In this document: positions 32,510 through 46,516 of the stretch, in pieces
How the letters are laid out: each line of letters opens with the position of its first letter
Numbering within the stretch: position 1 is the first letter of the stretch
Assembly (NCBI RefSeq): GCF_006345805.1
Contig: NC_043007.1
Coordinates: forward strand, 44,268,001 to 44,332,000
Origin: Octopus sinensis
Taxonomy: Eukaryota
DNA length: 64,000 nucleotides
Direction of reading: 5' to 3'
Position numbers and translations under genes: made by a program
The notes under the pieces: generated by a model
The model's input: only the letters and a program-made list of their open reading frames with translations
Told to the model about the DNA's origin: nothing
The model's database searches: none

Positions 32510-33210
32510 CTCAGGTCCACTGAATAGATATGTGGTTGGAGCAAAGTTCCAATCAAGCCAAAAGTAACATGTAAATATGTAAATGGAACATGGAATGATG
32601 CAGTTGATAGGACAGTAAAAGCTAAGAAACAGATATGGAAAACCTGGAAGGTAGTGGTAGTAGGGAGCATTATTAAGGAGCTAGAAGAGAGCTTGGTGAT
32701 TGACAGATTTGACTAAGGGTGAGGCAGAGAGGAAGAGATTTGCAAATGTCTTCCAGTGTGAGGATCTGAGGTGTGAAGTGTTCAGGATTGTGAGGTAGTG
32801 TGTGAGAGAGAACCAGGAGGCCATTGGCGAGAAGTGTATTCAAAATGATGAAGGCTTACTTGCCACTGATATGGAAGATAAGAAAGTGGTGTGGAAGTGC
32901 TATTACCAGAGGCTGTTGAATGTAGGGAATGTATGGAATGAAGAGGGGCTACATTGTACTGATCTTACCAAAGGACCAGCAATTCAGGTGATAGCAACAT
33001 AATACATAAGGCAATAAAGCAGAAGAAGAATGGGAAAGCTGCAAGTCCATCTGGGATTGTTACAAAGATGCTCAAAATAACTAATGAGGTAGGGTACAGA
33101 ATTACCGTCTAGATAATAAATCAAGTCATATGAGGAGTCATATCAATGACTGGTGTAGTAGTGTTATTGTAAACTGATACAAAAGCAAAGGAGATGCCTT
33201 AGAGAGAAAC
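32510..33210 (+). mobile_element. Decayed internal fragment of an RTE LINE ORF
   Basis: Peptides GEKCIQNDEGLLA...WKCYYQRLLNV and GKA.SPSGI..KMLK are homologous to 34845-35330. Confidence 0.8.
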
Positions 33211-34014
33211 CTTTTATGTACATGATATTTTCCATACAGTTTCTGTCCATATATATATATGTATATATATAAATATGTAGATATACGATAATTTCCATAC
33301 AGTTTTTGTCTACCAAATCCACTTACAAGGTTTTGTTTGGTCCAGGACAATAGTAGAAGACACTTGCCCAAAGTACCACATCATGGGATTGAACACAAAA
33401 CCATGTGGTTGGGAAGCAAACTTCTTTACTATACAACTATGTCTTGTGAATAATTTATAACTGTGGATAAAATCAGTTTTGAGTAAGAAAAGAAGGAAGC
33501 AAGCATTAATAACAACCTTCTTATATTGTTCCCTTCTTAATTGTTCCCTTACTGCTTTTTCTATAAGGGATAACTGTTGTTGGGTGTCAGACTTATAGTA
33601 TGTGGAGTCATTTTAGTACATTTCTCATAGTAAAATTCACAACCATATGTTTTGGTTGGTGCTGCAAATTTTACAAATGTCAAAAAATAGTGTTCTTGCA
33701 ATTATGATGAGTTTTAATATATTTTTACTTCATCAAAATATTAATTTTTCATTTCCACTGGCACTGCTTTCATTATTGTTGTTCTTGTATCTGTTGCTGC
33801 TGCCTGTGTTGTTCCTTGAAAGTCATATTAGCTATCTCCTGGTTTATTAATACACACAGATGCAGTGTTATGTTGTTTTTAATCATAATGTGTAAACAAG
33901 TGTTGATCCCAATAAGTTAATCTCTTTAAACCTAAATGACTATTGTAATTCTTCCATTAATCATTCAAATCTGACTTCTAGGCAAATTAATTAATTAGTG
34001 CCTGTGTGCATGTG

Positions 34015-34052
34015 CATGTGTGTATGTGTGTATGCATACACACACACACATA

Positions 34053-34146
<94 letters not shown>

Positions 34147-34240
34147 TACACATGTATATATTATATATATATGTATATATATATATACATATACATACAC
34201 ACATACACAGACATACACATATGCTCACATATGTTTATGC
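34015..34240. repeat. Compound (TG)/(TA)n/(CA) microsatellite. Others at 2545-2636, 7562-7600, 39545-39611 (GA)n, 39950-40175, 43435-43610, 47690-47945, 57370-57490, 59050-59260, 60445-60615
   Basis: Directly visible simple repeats. They explain the low-complexity ORFs in the track. Confidence 0.95.
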
Positions 34241-34844
34241 ATTTCCTTCATTCTTTTACTGAATTCAACCATTTGAATGGAGATGGATGAGGGTTGATGA
34301 CAAGAAAGACATCTGGTTGTAGAAAGTCTGTCTCACTGAATTCTGTCTAACCCATGCTAGTTTGGAAAGTAGTCATTAAAATAATGATGATGATGATGAT
34401 GGTGATTATACATACAGTCATATGAATATGAGTTTATGTGTGCTTGTGTATGTATAGACATGTATATATGTAAATGTTTATAATATTTATATATGTATAT
34501 GTGTATGTATATACATGTTGAGCGTATGTATATACAGGTTGTGTTCCCAAACACACACACACACACACGCGCGCACACACACACACATATCCCAAAGCTG
34601 CACATACACATTCTTTTAAATGTCACTGTCTTACTGTGTTGGCAGTATTTTCTGATGTGATATTCCTTGTTGCTAAATTCTCAAAGGACTATGCACATAA
34701 TGTGAATTTTGCAAGTATGTCTTTGTGATATATACACATATATGTACACACACACACATGGAATGTCTTTATTTCTTATTTAGGAATCTATTTTCAAGAA
34801 TGGTATTTAAGTTGATTTATAAGTATATCCCCTCTTGACTCAAG

Positions 34845-36740
34845 GTAACATGGTGGTGGAGCAATGTAGTTGACAGGCATGGAAGGGCTGGAAGAATGGT
34901 GGTAGCAGGGAATTGTATCAGACTGCCAGAAAGGAAGCTAGGAGACAGGTTTATTTAGCCAGAGGGGAAGCAGATAAGGAAAAATTTGCCAATGTTCTAT
35001 GTCATGAGGACCAAACACTTGAGGTGTTTTGTGTTGCAAGGCAGTGTGGGAGAGATAATCATAATATCATAGGAGAGAAATGTGTCCGCATAAATGATGG
35101 CTCACTTGCATTTAATGAGGCTGCAAGGAGAGAGACTTGGAGACGCTACTATGAAAGGTTGCTAAATGAAGAGAGTGAATGGGAGAAAGAGAGTCTGCTG
35201 AATGTTGACCCAACAGAGGGACCAGCTAACCAGATTGACAACAATTAAGGGTATGAAGACAGGGAAAGCCCCCGGCCCATCAGGAATTACCGCAGAGATG
35301 CTTAAAATATCTGGCGGTGTCAGCTATAGTCTAGTCAACTCGAATAGTCAATCAAGTGATACATGAAGGAGTCATACCCAATGGCTGGTGTAGCAGTACC
35401 ATAGTAAAGGTAATGCATTAGATACAAATAATTACAGAGGTATCAAGTTGTTGGATCAGGTAATGAAAGTCACGGAGAGGGTCATAGCCCAACTAATTAG
35501 GGAGAAAATCAGTTTAGACAAAATGCAGTTTGGGTTTGTGGCAGGGAAAAGCACCACTGATGCTATATTTCTGACAAGACAGATGCAGGAGAAATAACCT
35601 AATCAAAAACTAACCTCTGTACCTAGCTTTCATTGACATGGAGAAAGCTTTTGACAGGGTCCCCCAATCCCTTATCTGGTAGTCAATGAGAAAACTAGGG
35701 ATAGATGAATGGTTAGTGAGAGCTGTACAAGCTATGTACAGGGACGCTGTCAGTAAGATGAGGGTTGGCAATGAGTATAGTGAAGAATTCCAGGTAGGAG
35801 TAGGGGTCCACCAAGGATCAGTCCTCAGCCCCCACTTATTCAACATAGTCCTTCAGGCAATAACAGAGGGAGGCTAATTGGGAAGATAGTTTTTGTGTGT
35901 GGCAAATGCTGAGGAGCAATAAACACTGAAAATGAGCAGAAAACAGCTTCCATCACATTCCAGGGAGAAAAACTACAAGTAGTTGATAACTTCTGTTACC
36001 TAGGTGACCAAGACAGTAGTGGGGGTGGATGCTCTGAAAGTGTAGCTGCTAGAATAAGAATAGCCTGGGCAAAGTTCAGAGAGCTCCTACCTCTGCTGGG
36101 GACAAAGGGCTTCTCGCTCAGAGTAAAAAGTAGACTGTATGACGCATGTGTGCAAACAGCCATGCTACATGACTGTGAAGCATGGATGTGTGATGTCAGT
36201 GTGCATATACGACAGAGTGTAAGCACTCTGAGAGAAAAGTTGGACTTAAGAAGCATTTGATGTGGTGTGCAAGAGAGATGACTGCACTGGTATGGTCATG
36301 TGTTGCGAATGGATGAGGACAGCTGTGTGAAAAAGTATCACACTCTAGCAGTAGAGGGAACCTGTGGAAGAGGTAGACCCAGGAAGACCTGGGATGAGAT
36401 GGTGAAGCATGACCTTTGAACATTGGGCATCACCGAGGCAATGACAAGTGACAGAGACCTTTGGAGATATGCTGTGCTTGAGAAGACCCAGCAAGCCAAG
36501 TGAGACCATAACCGTGGCCTATGCCAGTGCAGCATAACCAACCCATTTAAGAGTACCCTTCAATTATTGGGCAATAAACTGCGCCTGTGAAGACCTGTTG
36601 AGTTAAGTGAAATTGCTGTCATGGCCGATGACAGTACTGCTCGGTTGGCACCAGTGCCAGTGGCATGTTAAAAGCACCATTCAAGTGTGATCGCTACCAG
36701 TGCTGCCTGACTGGCTCCTGTGCTGGTGGCTCGTAAAAAG
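34845..36740 (+). mobile_element. Decayed 5'-truncated RTE LINE (RT domain to 3' UTR)
   Basis: MQFGF...STTDAIF, DMEKAFDRVP and VGVHQGSVLSPHLFNIV, with internal deletion and C-terminal RGRPRKTWDE. Followed by 3' UTR containing ggtggc..gtaaaaagc repeats. Confidence 0.9.
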
Positions 36741-37154
36741 CTTCTTGAAATTTGTGAACACTACCCCTGGTGTGCCTATGCCCCCACTTTCTTTCTAAGA
36801 CTTTTTGCTTTATACTGTTCACTCTTCTGCCTCTTTGTGATTTATTCTGTGTACACTGCATGCACTTCTAGCTTTCATTGTTGTCTTTATTTACTTGCCT
36901 TATTGACACTTTCTGTCCCCTATGTTTATTTTTTCTGGTGAGTTGTAGTGCACCTGAGCACTGTGTGCAATATGTTCATTATCATTTTAAGTTTGGCATG
37001 CAGCCAAATGGTTAAAGTGTTAGGTTCACAGTCATAAAGTTGAAGGTTTGATACCTGGAGTGTATTATGGCTTGTGTTCTTGAGTAAGTCATTTCATTTC
37101 ACATTGCTCCATTCTACTTAGCTGAAAATGAGTAACAGCCTATGGCATCCTTCT

Positions 37155-37475
37155 TAGTGGTTCTCGTCTGGGGCCCACATGGCCCCTGAGGCTCTGTATA
37201 AGACTTTTTAGGGTCCACAATAGTATTTTTAGGGCTCCTGAAAAAAATTTGTCTTTGATGTATGTAGTGGTATGTATTGCAAGAATCAGCTAGGTTTCTT
37301 TCTCTAACATTTTACATAGTCCAACCTTCAGACGTTAATGTTTGAAAAACAAAATAGGAATTTTGAAAGGAATTTCTATAAAACTAGTATCTAAACATTG
37401 AATGGCTATGGGGGTCCACCAGAATAAAATAGTAATCAAAGGGGTCTATAGATGAAAAATCATTGAGAACTTCTG
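37155..37475. mobile_element. hAT-type MITE, decayed
   Basis: Ends tagtggttctc...ttgagaacttctg have the same TIR type as 50740-50997. A solo left end cagtggttctcaac lies at 6107-6120. Confidence 0.6.
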
Positions 37476-38179
37476 CTCTAACACTCACAACCTTGGTGTT
37501 CTACTGGATTAAGGATGGGAAAGCTCAGAGGGTATCTGTATTTGCTCACAACTATGTAGGCACCTAAAACAATGCACAAAAGCATGGTACATATTGCTAG
37601 GTCACACATATTAGTGGTGGCCAAGCTTAAACTTCTGTTTAGTTCCAGCACTGAATTTTCTTCAATCTCTTCTGTTATCTGAAAGTTGTAATATATTGCC
37701 ATCAGGATTCAGATGTCACATTACTGTAAACTGTGTAGCTGTTCTAACCACTTCATTTAACAATATCACAACTCGTGATCTCCTAAATTAGTACACTTAA
37801 TTTAAGTAGCCACAATGACATGCTAATGATCTGTCATGTTTATGGGATTGTCACACACAGTATTATGTATTTATGTATATTATACTAAAAGTTTATCTGT
37901 CTGTTTCCCTGCCTTTTGATTAAGAGGATAAAGATTACAAATAAAATAGTCATTTCCTCCTTTAAGGAAAAAAAATCTAGTTGGAAATGTTGACACTTAG
38001 AAGATTCATGTCATCTAACACTGTCTATCCTGCTGTGGACTTGAAAGAGCCATGGACTTGAAAGATAGAAATCCTCCCAATATTTTTGAGATATTTTTAA
38101 ATCACAGGTACTTGATTTTTTTTTTCTTAAAGGGGAAAATTACTATTTTATTTAAAATAAAATATTAATCTTTATCATC

Positions 38180-39155
38180 TAAATCAAAAGGCAGAAAAAC
38201 AGACAGAGAAACCTATCTTTTTATAGACAAAGATAAGTTGCAATCAGTTGAATCTCTAAGAATGGAAAAATAATCAACAACAAATGGGTTGTACCTTATA
38301 ATGAAATTCTTTTAAAAACATTCAAATGCCACTGCAATTTTGAAATCATTGCCTCAGTGAGGTCAATTAAGTATGTCATCAAGTACATGCTGAAAGGAAA
38401 TGAACAAGCTGCTGTTCAAATAAACAATGATAACAAAATTAGTCAATATCTAATGGGTAGGTATATTGGACCTTCTGAAGCAGTTGCATCCATTTTAGGA
38501 TTTTCAATTCAAGAAAGAGCATTACAATAGTGGGACTGAAAATTCATCTACCGGATGAACAAGGAAATTATGAAGTTATATATGGCTGTCAGTGAATGAC
38601 ATATGATTATAAAATTGACAGAATTCTTTTTATAAATAGAAATATTATTATTTCTAAGTCTCTCTGAAACAATGCACAAAAGCATGGTACATATTGCTAG
38701 GTCACACATATTAGCGGTTTGATGATTTGATTGTAGGAAGCTTGCTTTCCAACCACATGGTTCCAAGTTCACTCCCACTGCATGGCACCTTAGACAAGTG
38801 TCTTCTATTATAGCTTCAGGTCAGCCAATGTAACTGAACAAGTACTACATCTCACAGAGCAATCTGAATGCTAATGAGTTAATAGAATTCTTTTTATTGT
38901 ACATCAATGATGAATTTGCAAAAACATTACTTTATGTTGAAGTACCTGAAAAAACCTTCCATAATCCTCTGTAGTCACCCAAAAATTCTACTCGGAACAG
39001 TTGTAACACAGAATGGCAAAGAAGAAAGCAAGAAAAAAAGTTGAAGGCCAGTTGAATGTTTTCAAACAAGAAATATTTGGTCATGTTTATGCTGTCATTC
39101 CAAAGGCAGGAGAACTGTATTATTTAAGAATTTTATTGCATAAAGTAAGGGAAGG
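38180..39155 (+). pseudogene. Fragmented Helitron Rep/helicase coding remnant
   Basis: Pieces translate to NNKWVVPYNEILLKTFKCHCNFE...SVRSIKYVIKYMLKG, GRYIGPSEAVASILGF..ER, KIHLPDEQ, FAKTLLYVEVP and GELYYLRILLHKVRG. These are in the order of Helitron RepHel motifs (WVVPYN, SIKY..KY..KG, RY....EA, HLP, YLR.LL). Confidence 0.85.
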
Positions 39156-39551
39156 GGAAGGATAAAGAAAAAGAGGAAGATGAAAAAGAAGAGGATGAAG
39201 AAGGAGAAAGTTGTGATATTGCTTGTGGTATTCAAACAATATAGCTGTGTTAAACATATATGCGTAAATATACATATGTGTATGGATACAGACGTATGTA
39301 CACATACAGCTATTCAGCCAAACATGCATATATATATATATATATACACACATGCATTATCACAAACAAATACATACATGTATACATGTATATATATATA
39401 TAAAAAAATCATTGCTGTTACTTGCAAACAAGTATGACATGATGACATACACCATGCTTTTACTAATTGTTTTAAGTGTCTATGTGTCACAAGACACCCT
39501 TTCAGCTCTCTTACTCTTGACCCAGTGGGACATACAAGGTGTGGAGAGAGA

Positions 39552-39615
<64 letters not shown>

Positions 39616-39954
39616 GCTGTATTAGTACTTGGGTACAACATCTCACAGTACAACATCTCACAGAGCAATCTAAATGCTAACAGGTTAATCCATTGGCTTT
39701 TAGTACAATCCCATAACTTTATAGCCTGCTTCTATTAACAGTTCACTGCTTTACTTTGTATGAGCTCTGAAGTGTCTTTCTGCAGCCAATAACAGAACCA
39801 ATTACAAGTTATTATCTGATAATATCTTGCATAAACCTTTGTCGGTACCTGAAAAACCTTCCATAATCCTCTGTAATCACCCATAAACTTCTCTTCTAAT
39901 ACTAGACTTTCTAACCGCCAGAATAAGGAAGACTACTTTTAGTGATTTGTGTGT

Positions 39955-40010
<56 letters not shown>

Positions 40011-42165
40011 GTATGTACACACACACAAACACACATATATATTTAGAGAGAAGTATGTAGATAGATGAATAGAAGGGTAGATAGATAGATTGATAGACAG
40101 ATAAATCGATGTATAGATAGACAGACAGACAGACAGACAGATAGATACATGGAGAGAGAGAGAGAGAGAGAGAGCTACAAACTGTTGGACTGATTGACAG
40201 GCAAACAGTGACCGACAAACAGATATACAGATGGAGAGGTGAACAAACACTTCAATCTATCCCAACTCTTCTGTAATTTTATAAGCAGAGAAATTCAGTA
40301 ACAATGACATTAATTTTTACAAATTTATCTGCTGATTCTTGAGTTTGTAATTGATGACAGCATGATGTTCTACTTCGTTACAAAGTGTCACTATGGCAAC
40401 TATTGATTAACCATTGTTGCTAACCTAAATTATGAACTGTTATAATTTAAACAAGGCTTGTTTGTGTCCACTGTCTAAAGTACTGGCTTGTTAGAATTGT
40501 AAACGAAAAAACAAATAAAATAAAATAATCAATTCAATAACACTGTTGTATTCCTTGGGGGAACTATATTATTATCATTCAAATAAATTTTATGTATGTG
40601 TGTTTGTGTGTGTGCGTGTGTGTGTGTTGCTGTTGGTGCCTCTGCAACCACTCATGATGATATAGATGATTTTCATCATGATCATTGTCTTCATCATCAC
40701 TGCCGCCACCACCACCACCACCACCATCATCACCACGACGGGCATAGTTTAGGTGGGTATATACTTATTGATTAGAGGGGTATATAAATATGGTCTAGAT
40801 GGGTATATATACATGGTTTACATGAGCATATAGACATGGTTTAAATGGGTATATAGACAGATTTAGCTAGGTATATACACACACACACTCACACACATAT
40901 GCTCACATACACACACACTCACATGCACATATGTATGTATATGCTCTAGATGGGTATATAGAGAGTATTTAGTTAGGTACACACACACAAACATTGTATC
41001 ATTACCATCATCGTTTAATGTTCACTTTCCATGCTAGAATGGGTTGGACAATTTGACTGAGGACTGGCAAACCAGATGGCTGCACCAGATTCCAATCTGA
41101 TCTGGTAGAGTTTCTACAGCTGGATGCCCTTCCTAACACCAACCACTCCAAGAGTGTAGTGGGTATTTTTACATTCCACCAGCACAAGGGCCAGTCAGGC
41201 AGTACTGGCAACGGCTACACTCAAATGGTGCTTTTTATGTGCCACCTAGACAGGAGTCAGTCCAGCGGCATTGGCAATGATCTCACTTGAATGTTTTTTT
41301 TATGTGCCACCAGCACAAGTGCCAGTAAGGCACTTGTGCTGGTGGCACGTGAAATATATATATGTTGTTTACATGGGTAAATATACATGGTTCTGATGGG
41401 TATACACCACAATTTAGATGGCTATATTATTCATTGTTTTGGTGGGTATATAAACATGGATATTGCCCTAGGTATGACTTTAAACTGCATCTGGTAGTGG
41501 GGCTCTAGTTCAGGAGTCCCAAGGTTTTAATGAGTGTGGAACCATTTCTTAGTCACTATTGTCTCCAAGTGTGCTCTAACCCAGAGCACTGGCACTTGTC
41601 AAGATCCCAGCTATGGATTAATTATAGCATTTTATGGAAGAAGCTCCAAACACAAACCCTCATTGCCTTTTGAGTGTCTTAGGAAAGAAAAAGACCAGGG
41701 TGTGTCAACCTCAACTGCGAATTGAGGAGTGAAGTCCTTTAGGTGCTCTGGTGCCCTCTTTGACACTCTTTCAGCAACTCCTGGGTTGGTAGAGTTCTTC
41801 AGCCCTGTAAGGCAATTCATTTCAAAGAAGGCCACCCCCAATGTAAAATCTACAGCTAGCTGGTCACCACAGCTGTCTTAGCCTGTTGTGTCACTGTGGT
41901 GAAATCTCCACCTCTAAAAAGTGGGGCCAGATTCCTCAGACTGACTTTGGCTTTAGAACTACTAAGTGCCAAAAGGAAGAAAATCCCCACAACATCAAGG
42001 ATTGGTTTACATATTCAATTGAGGGCATGTTGCTATTCCTTGTGATCTTCAGACATGGACAGGTGGGTAAAGAAACATCTAAGAAGCTCTATGAACAGTT
42101 GACACACTTTATTTCCTGAGTGTTTCTGCTGCTGAATGTTCCCATCAGTGTATCACATCTGGAAT

Positions 42166-42202
<37 letters not shown>

Positions 42203-42623
42203 CAGAAATCCCAATGCATTTTTATGTATCTATTTCTTGTACTAATTACACAGCATTGGCGTCCTACTTAGTTCCTTCCAACATATTGTTCACTATCACT
42301 TTCCACATGGCATAGAAATTTGTCCACCCCACTTATTAATTTGTGACTTTGGTTTATGACATATTGACAATTAAGTATTTTTCAAGATTTGAAACTTTCT
42401 TCTCTTCTTTAGATGTTTGACAGAATATGTTGTGAAAACCACATCATAAAAACTCAAAAAAATTTTAAGAACTTTCCAGTACATAACTCCTACTAAATTT
42501 TCTTTAGAAAATTATATTAAACAGAAGAGACTTGATGATATAAAGCTTTTCAGAATACCAATACATACACAAACACAAACAGACTTCTACACATGTACAC
42601 ATAGAATTTTCTTTTCATCATAA

Positions 42624-42850
42624 CCTTTAACAATTTAACATTCAAACAGACCACGTCCAACCAAAATATTCTACCTGTTTTATGCTCAAACTGGTCAGAC
42701 ATGGCCTCTCCCATCTACCCTCTAATTTCATTCTAAAAATAAACAATTACATCATCAAAATCTCAAAGCTATCAGATAATGCATGTTTAATTCAAAACAA
42801 TACAAGTAAATAAGCATTACATTTGACAGAATAATCTGAATGCTAAAGGG
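42624..42850. mobile_element. piggyBac-type MITE, copy 4, abutting the ENDOG exon 3 acceptor
   Basis: Right end AATGCTAAAGGG|TTAA (42851-42854) is intact and the left end is decayed. Internal sequence is shared with copy 3. Confidence 0.85.
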
Positions 42851-42880
42851 TTAAGCTTGTTTTTTTTGTTGTTGTTGCAG

Positions 42881-43175
42881 AGCGGCACCTGATGGAAAAG
42901 TTTACATCAAATATGAAGTGATCGGTAAAAACCACGTGGCGGTACCAACCCATTTCTTCAAAGTAGTGTTGATTGAGAACAATGAAGGGGAATATGAACT
43001 ATTGTCTTTCATGCTTCCCAATGAGGCTCAAACTGATGATAAGTTACTAAAGTATTTCACTATAGACATTGAGAAAATTGAACGGGCTGCCGGCCTCCTA
43101 TTCTTTGACAAATTACCGAAAAGTCAACTCAAATACATCAACAAACAGGAAAACAAAATCAGGAAATGGTCATAG
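42881..43175 (+). CDS. ENDOG: ENDOG exon 3 (to stop)
   Basis: gttgttgcag|, 295 nt. Encodes (R)AAPDGKVYIKYEVIGKNHVAVPTHFFKVVL...IERAAGLLFFDKL...KWS*. Total CDS is 936 nt (311 aa). Confidence 0.95.
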
Positions 43176-43516
43176 GGATTCTTGAAAGCAAGCAATGTTT
43201 TGTATTCACACCTTGCACCTGCTTGTTATATCTGATGTAGTATTTTTTCATATTTTGATAATCAATTATATATGTACTAAATATATATATATACATATCA
43301 TCACTATCATTATCATGCAAGCATGGAAGATGAGTTTCTGTGCTGGTATGGATTGGATGGTTTTCTTTGGACCTGGTGGATTCTGTCAAACCATCCAACA
43401 GGGAAAATAAACATTAAAAGATGATGATGATGATGATATATATGTATATGTGCACACACATATGTGTGTATGTGCATAAATATATATGTGTGTGTGTGTA
43501 TTTGTGTATGTGTGTG

Positions 43517-43596
<80 letters not shown>

Positions 43597-43984
43597 TATG
43601 TATGTATGCATGAACCAATTATGCACTAAACTGCAGTCATTCTCCACCATATCTGTAGTGTGAGTAAGCCTTCTTTCTGCAACAATTCTAAATAACCATC
43701 ATTACCAGTCTCTTTCAAATCTTGTTTTATTCTCATCAGAGAGAGAATGCTATTTGATTGAGTTCCTCCTAGAGAATATTATCTCTAATAGCTATATATA
43801 TACCTTTGTAGTTATTAATTAATATATTTATTATACATTGAAATAGTTTTCCTTGTTTGTTATATCTGTGGTGTGATTTCAGGTAAACTGTTTTTTTCTC
43901 AACATTCTAGAATGGTTGTGTGTTGTGAAAAAAAGGTTTATCTTGCACCATACTCCAGATATATCAGATACATACATACATACA

Positions 43985-44016
<32 letters not shown>

Positions 44017-45629
44017 CGTGTATGTATGTATGTATTTTAATAAACCTTTATTATAACAAGTAATATTTTAAAGAATTTAGTGCTAGGTTTAGTTATGTCA
44101 AATATGCTATTTTTATCTATGTTAACCATATATGAATCCCCTGACAAATGTTAACATAACTAATTAAATAGGTATTAAGTGTCTTTTATTATATACATTA
44201 CATGCCAAAGATATTTTTAAACTAGGATATGATTCAAATAAGTTAAAAGTAACACATAACTAATGGCTCATAACATAAGACATGACTCATGACACATGAC
44301 TCATAAGTCATCTGTTGTGAATTGTTATAGATATTCCATTGCTCACTGAACTTTTCGGTAATATTGTCAGTTTATTTGGGAATGTGACTTACAAAAGACT
44401 TCTGTCTTATCCCAGAGATGGAGGAAAATTTCTCTTTCATCTGATTTTTTGCAGCAAGGCATGGAACTAAAGACCACCAGGTCTCAAATGAATCAATGCT
44501 CAGAACTTAGAAGGAGAATATCAACCATGATGTGATAAGTGCCTCTTACTTCTGAGATCAAAGTTTGCCGACATTGATTTTGATTTACTATTGATGTGTA
44601 AAGGGGATGTTGTGTGGCTGGGAGTAGGGGGTGGTGAAATTAATAAATTAACCAAGCAGTAATAATATACTGAGATTTGATTCCATCAAACTCTGGTTTA
44701 CCCCTTACTAAAGAATAAATTAATATCCTCTCCAACTTTGATCCTTAAACGGAACTTTAATAAAAAAAAAAAGAAGAAAAAAAAACGTAATATCCATTGT
44801 CTTCATCCATTCCATGAGTATGAAAACAAGAAAATTAAAAAAAACTTGCATTAAGAAATACAAAATTTTATAAAAAATCTCCCGTAGTTTCTTCTTTCAT
44901 TATATTATAAACTTTAAAATCATTTATATTTAGTGTTTTGCAAAATTGGTTAATTTCAACTGAATATATATATATATATATATATTATATAGGTGTCTGT
45001 TGATTCACCAGAAGCAATAGATTACAAGACTCAATACAAATGCAAAGTATTCTTTAATACACAACGACTGAAAAGCTCTGATTTCCAGTCCTCAGAGTTG
45101 CTCATTTCTGATCAGCAGCTGGTAAATTGAGCCTGGTTTTCTTTTAAATATCCACTGTCTGAATATTTTTTGAAATACGAAGTCAAAGTTTGAAGGAAAA
45201 GCTCGTCCTTATGGTCTTTCATTTAAACACCTTTGCAATTGACACGTGTGAAAATGGCTGCTTCAAGCTCATGCTTTTGATTTCATTTCTGGTTCTCATG
45301 ATAGTATTATCATAAATGTCATAAACTGCATACAATTTAAGTCATGAAATTGCATTGCTATTTAAGCAATGTTCCAAAATAAAACTTTTAATTAATACTT
45401 TCAATGAATACTTTTTAATTAATGTTTTCAAAAAGCAATCAGTGTGTATGCAGGTGTTCATTTTACATGCACCTGTGCAGATGCATAAACATACATATAT
45501 AGACATACATATATACACAGAATTATATATTCATGTATACATATATGCATACATGTATACATATATGTGTATGCTTATATACATATACTCACATATAGAC
45601 ATGCACACATATTAAAACATATTAATCAT

Positions 45630-46516
45630 ATTAATGAAACCTCTTAATTAAACATTTAAAAAACAAACGTTTTTTCTTGAACCAGAATGAAATTAAAGGA
45701 GGTATGAATTTACATAGAAAAAAATACTGAGCTGCATGCATACAAGGTGTTAACAGTTTATTTTTTTTGCTCAAACTATTGGTACCTTGAGTCAAAATTC
45801 TCAGTTTTTCACTCAAAGGTCACACCGCATCTTTGATTTGAAGTTGCTGTTTTGTGCATTAGGTACAACAGACCAGGTGTTTTTTGAATTCATGAGGATT
45901 TGTCTCACAGAAGAACCATATAAATTCCAATAATGTCATAGCACGTTTTTTGCTGGGGCTGACAAATGAATGTTTTTACTTGTAATAATGGTTTTGGAAT
46001 GTGTGTTCCATTGCCCCAATATGTTTTTAGGTTGATCACTGTTGTTTGATTCAACCTTTGCACTGATACTATTGACTTTGCCGGACAGTTTCCATATAAT
46101 GGACTGTTCTACAGTTGCATGGTATTTGCTATTTTACTGTTTACATCTCTTCTATTCAACCTAATGGCATTATAACTTCTGATGTAACACCCCAAATTTT
46201 TGCAAGCTGAATAGCTAATCTTAACACAGTTCTTATTCAATATTTTTCTATACTTATGCCCTGGCAGAAAATGATGATCTATTAAATTAAGAAATTCTCT
46301 AGCTACATTAGTTTTATACTGTGTTGTACCACTAAGTATTCCTTTTCCTATTCCTGTTCTTACACTGTGTGTTCCCAGTGGTTTTTCACATATCTTATCA
46401 GAGAACCCACCATTTCTAAGTACTTCATTTTGATATTCAGCTGCACCCATAAAAGCATCTTCATCAGAAGATAACAAAGATACCTGTTTACTAATATTGT
46501 CAACCAAATTCCTCAA
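45630..46516 (-). pseudogene. Decayed Penelope-like element ORF (RT thumb/linker and GIY-YIG endonuclease)
   Basis: ORF-track peptide ISKQVSLLSSDEDAF..AA.Y...L...GF and TNVAREFLNLIDHHF..GHKYRKILNKNCVKISYS. Frameshifted CNC...PLYGNC..KSIV...K.YIG...TF and terminal LSEK..IL....LSKKNKLL..CMH follow. The pattern is typical of PLE ORFs. Confidence 0.78.

Noticed and set aside
33991-34290. Numerous YI/HT/CV/ER-repeat ORFs (also 39314-40250, 43313-43663, 47558-47940, 57305-57574, 58963-59340, 60398-60724, 63187-63600)
   Set aside because: Translations of microsatellites.
45085-45120. - strand CTGATCA...CAACTC next to the PLE remnant as a hammerhead
   Set aside because: Both core boxes are mutated and stems are not recoverable.
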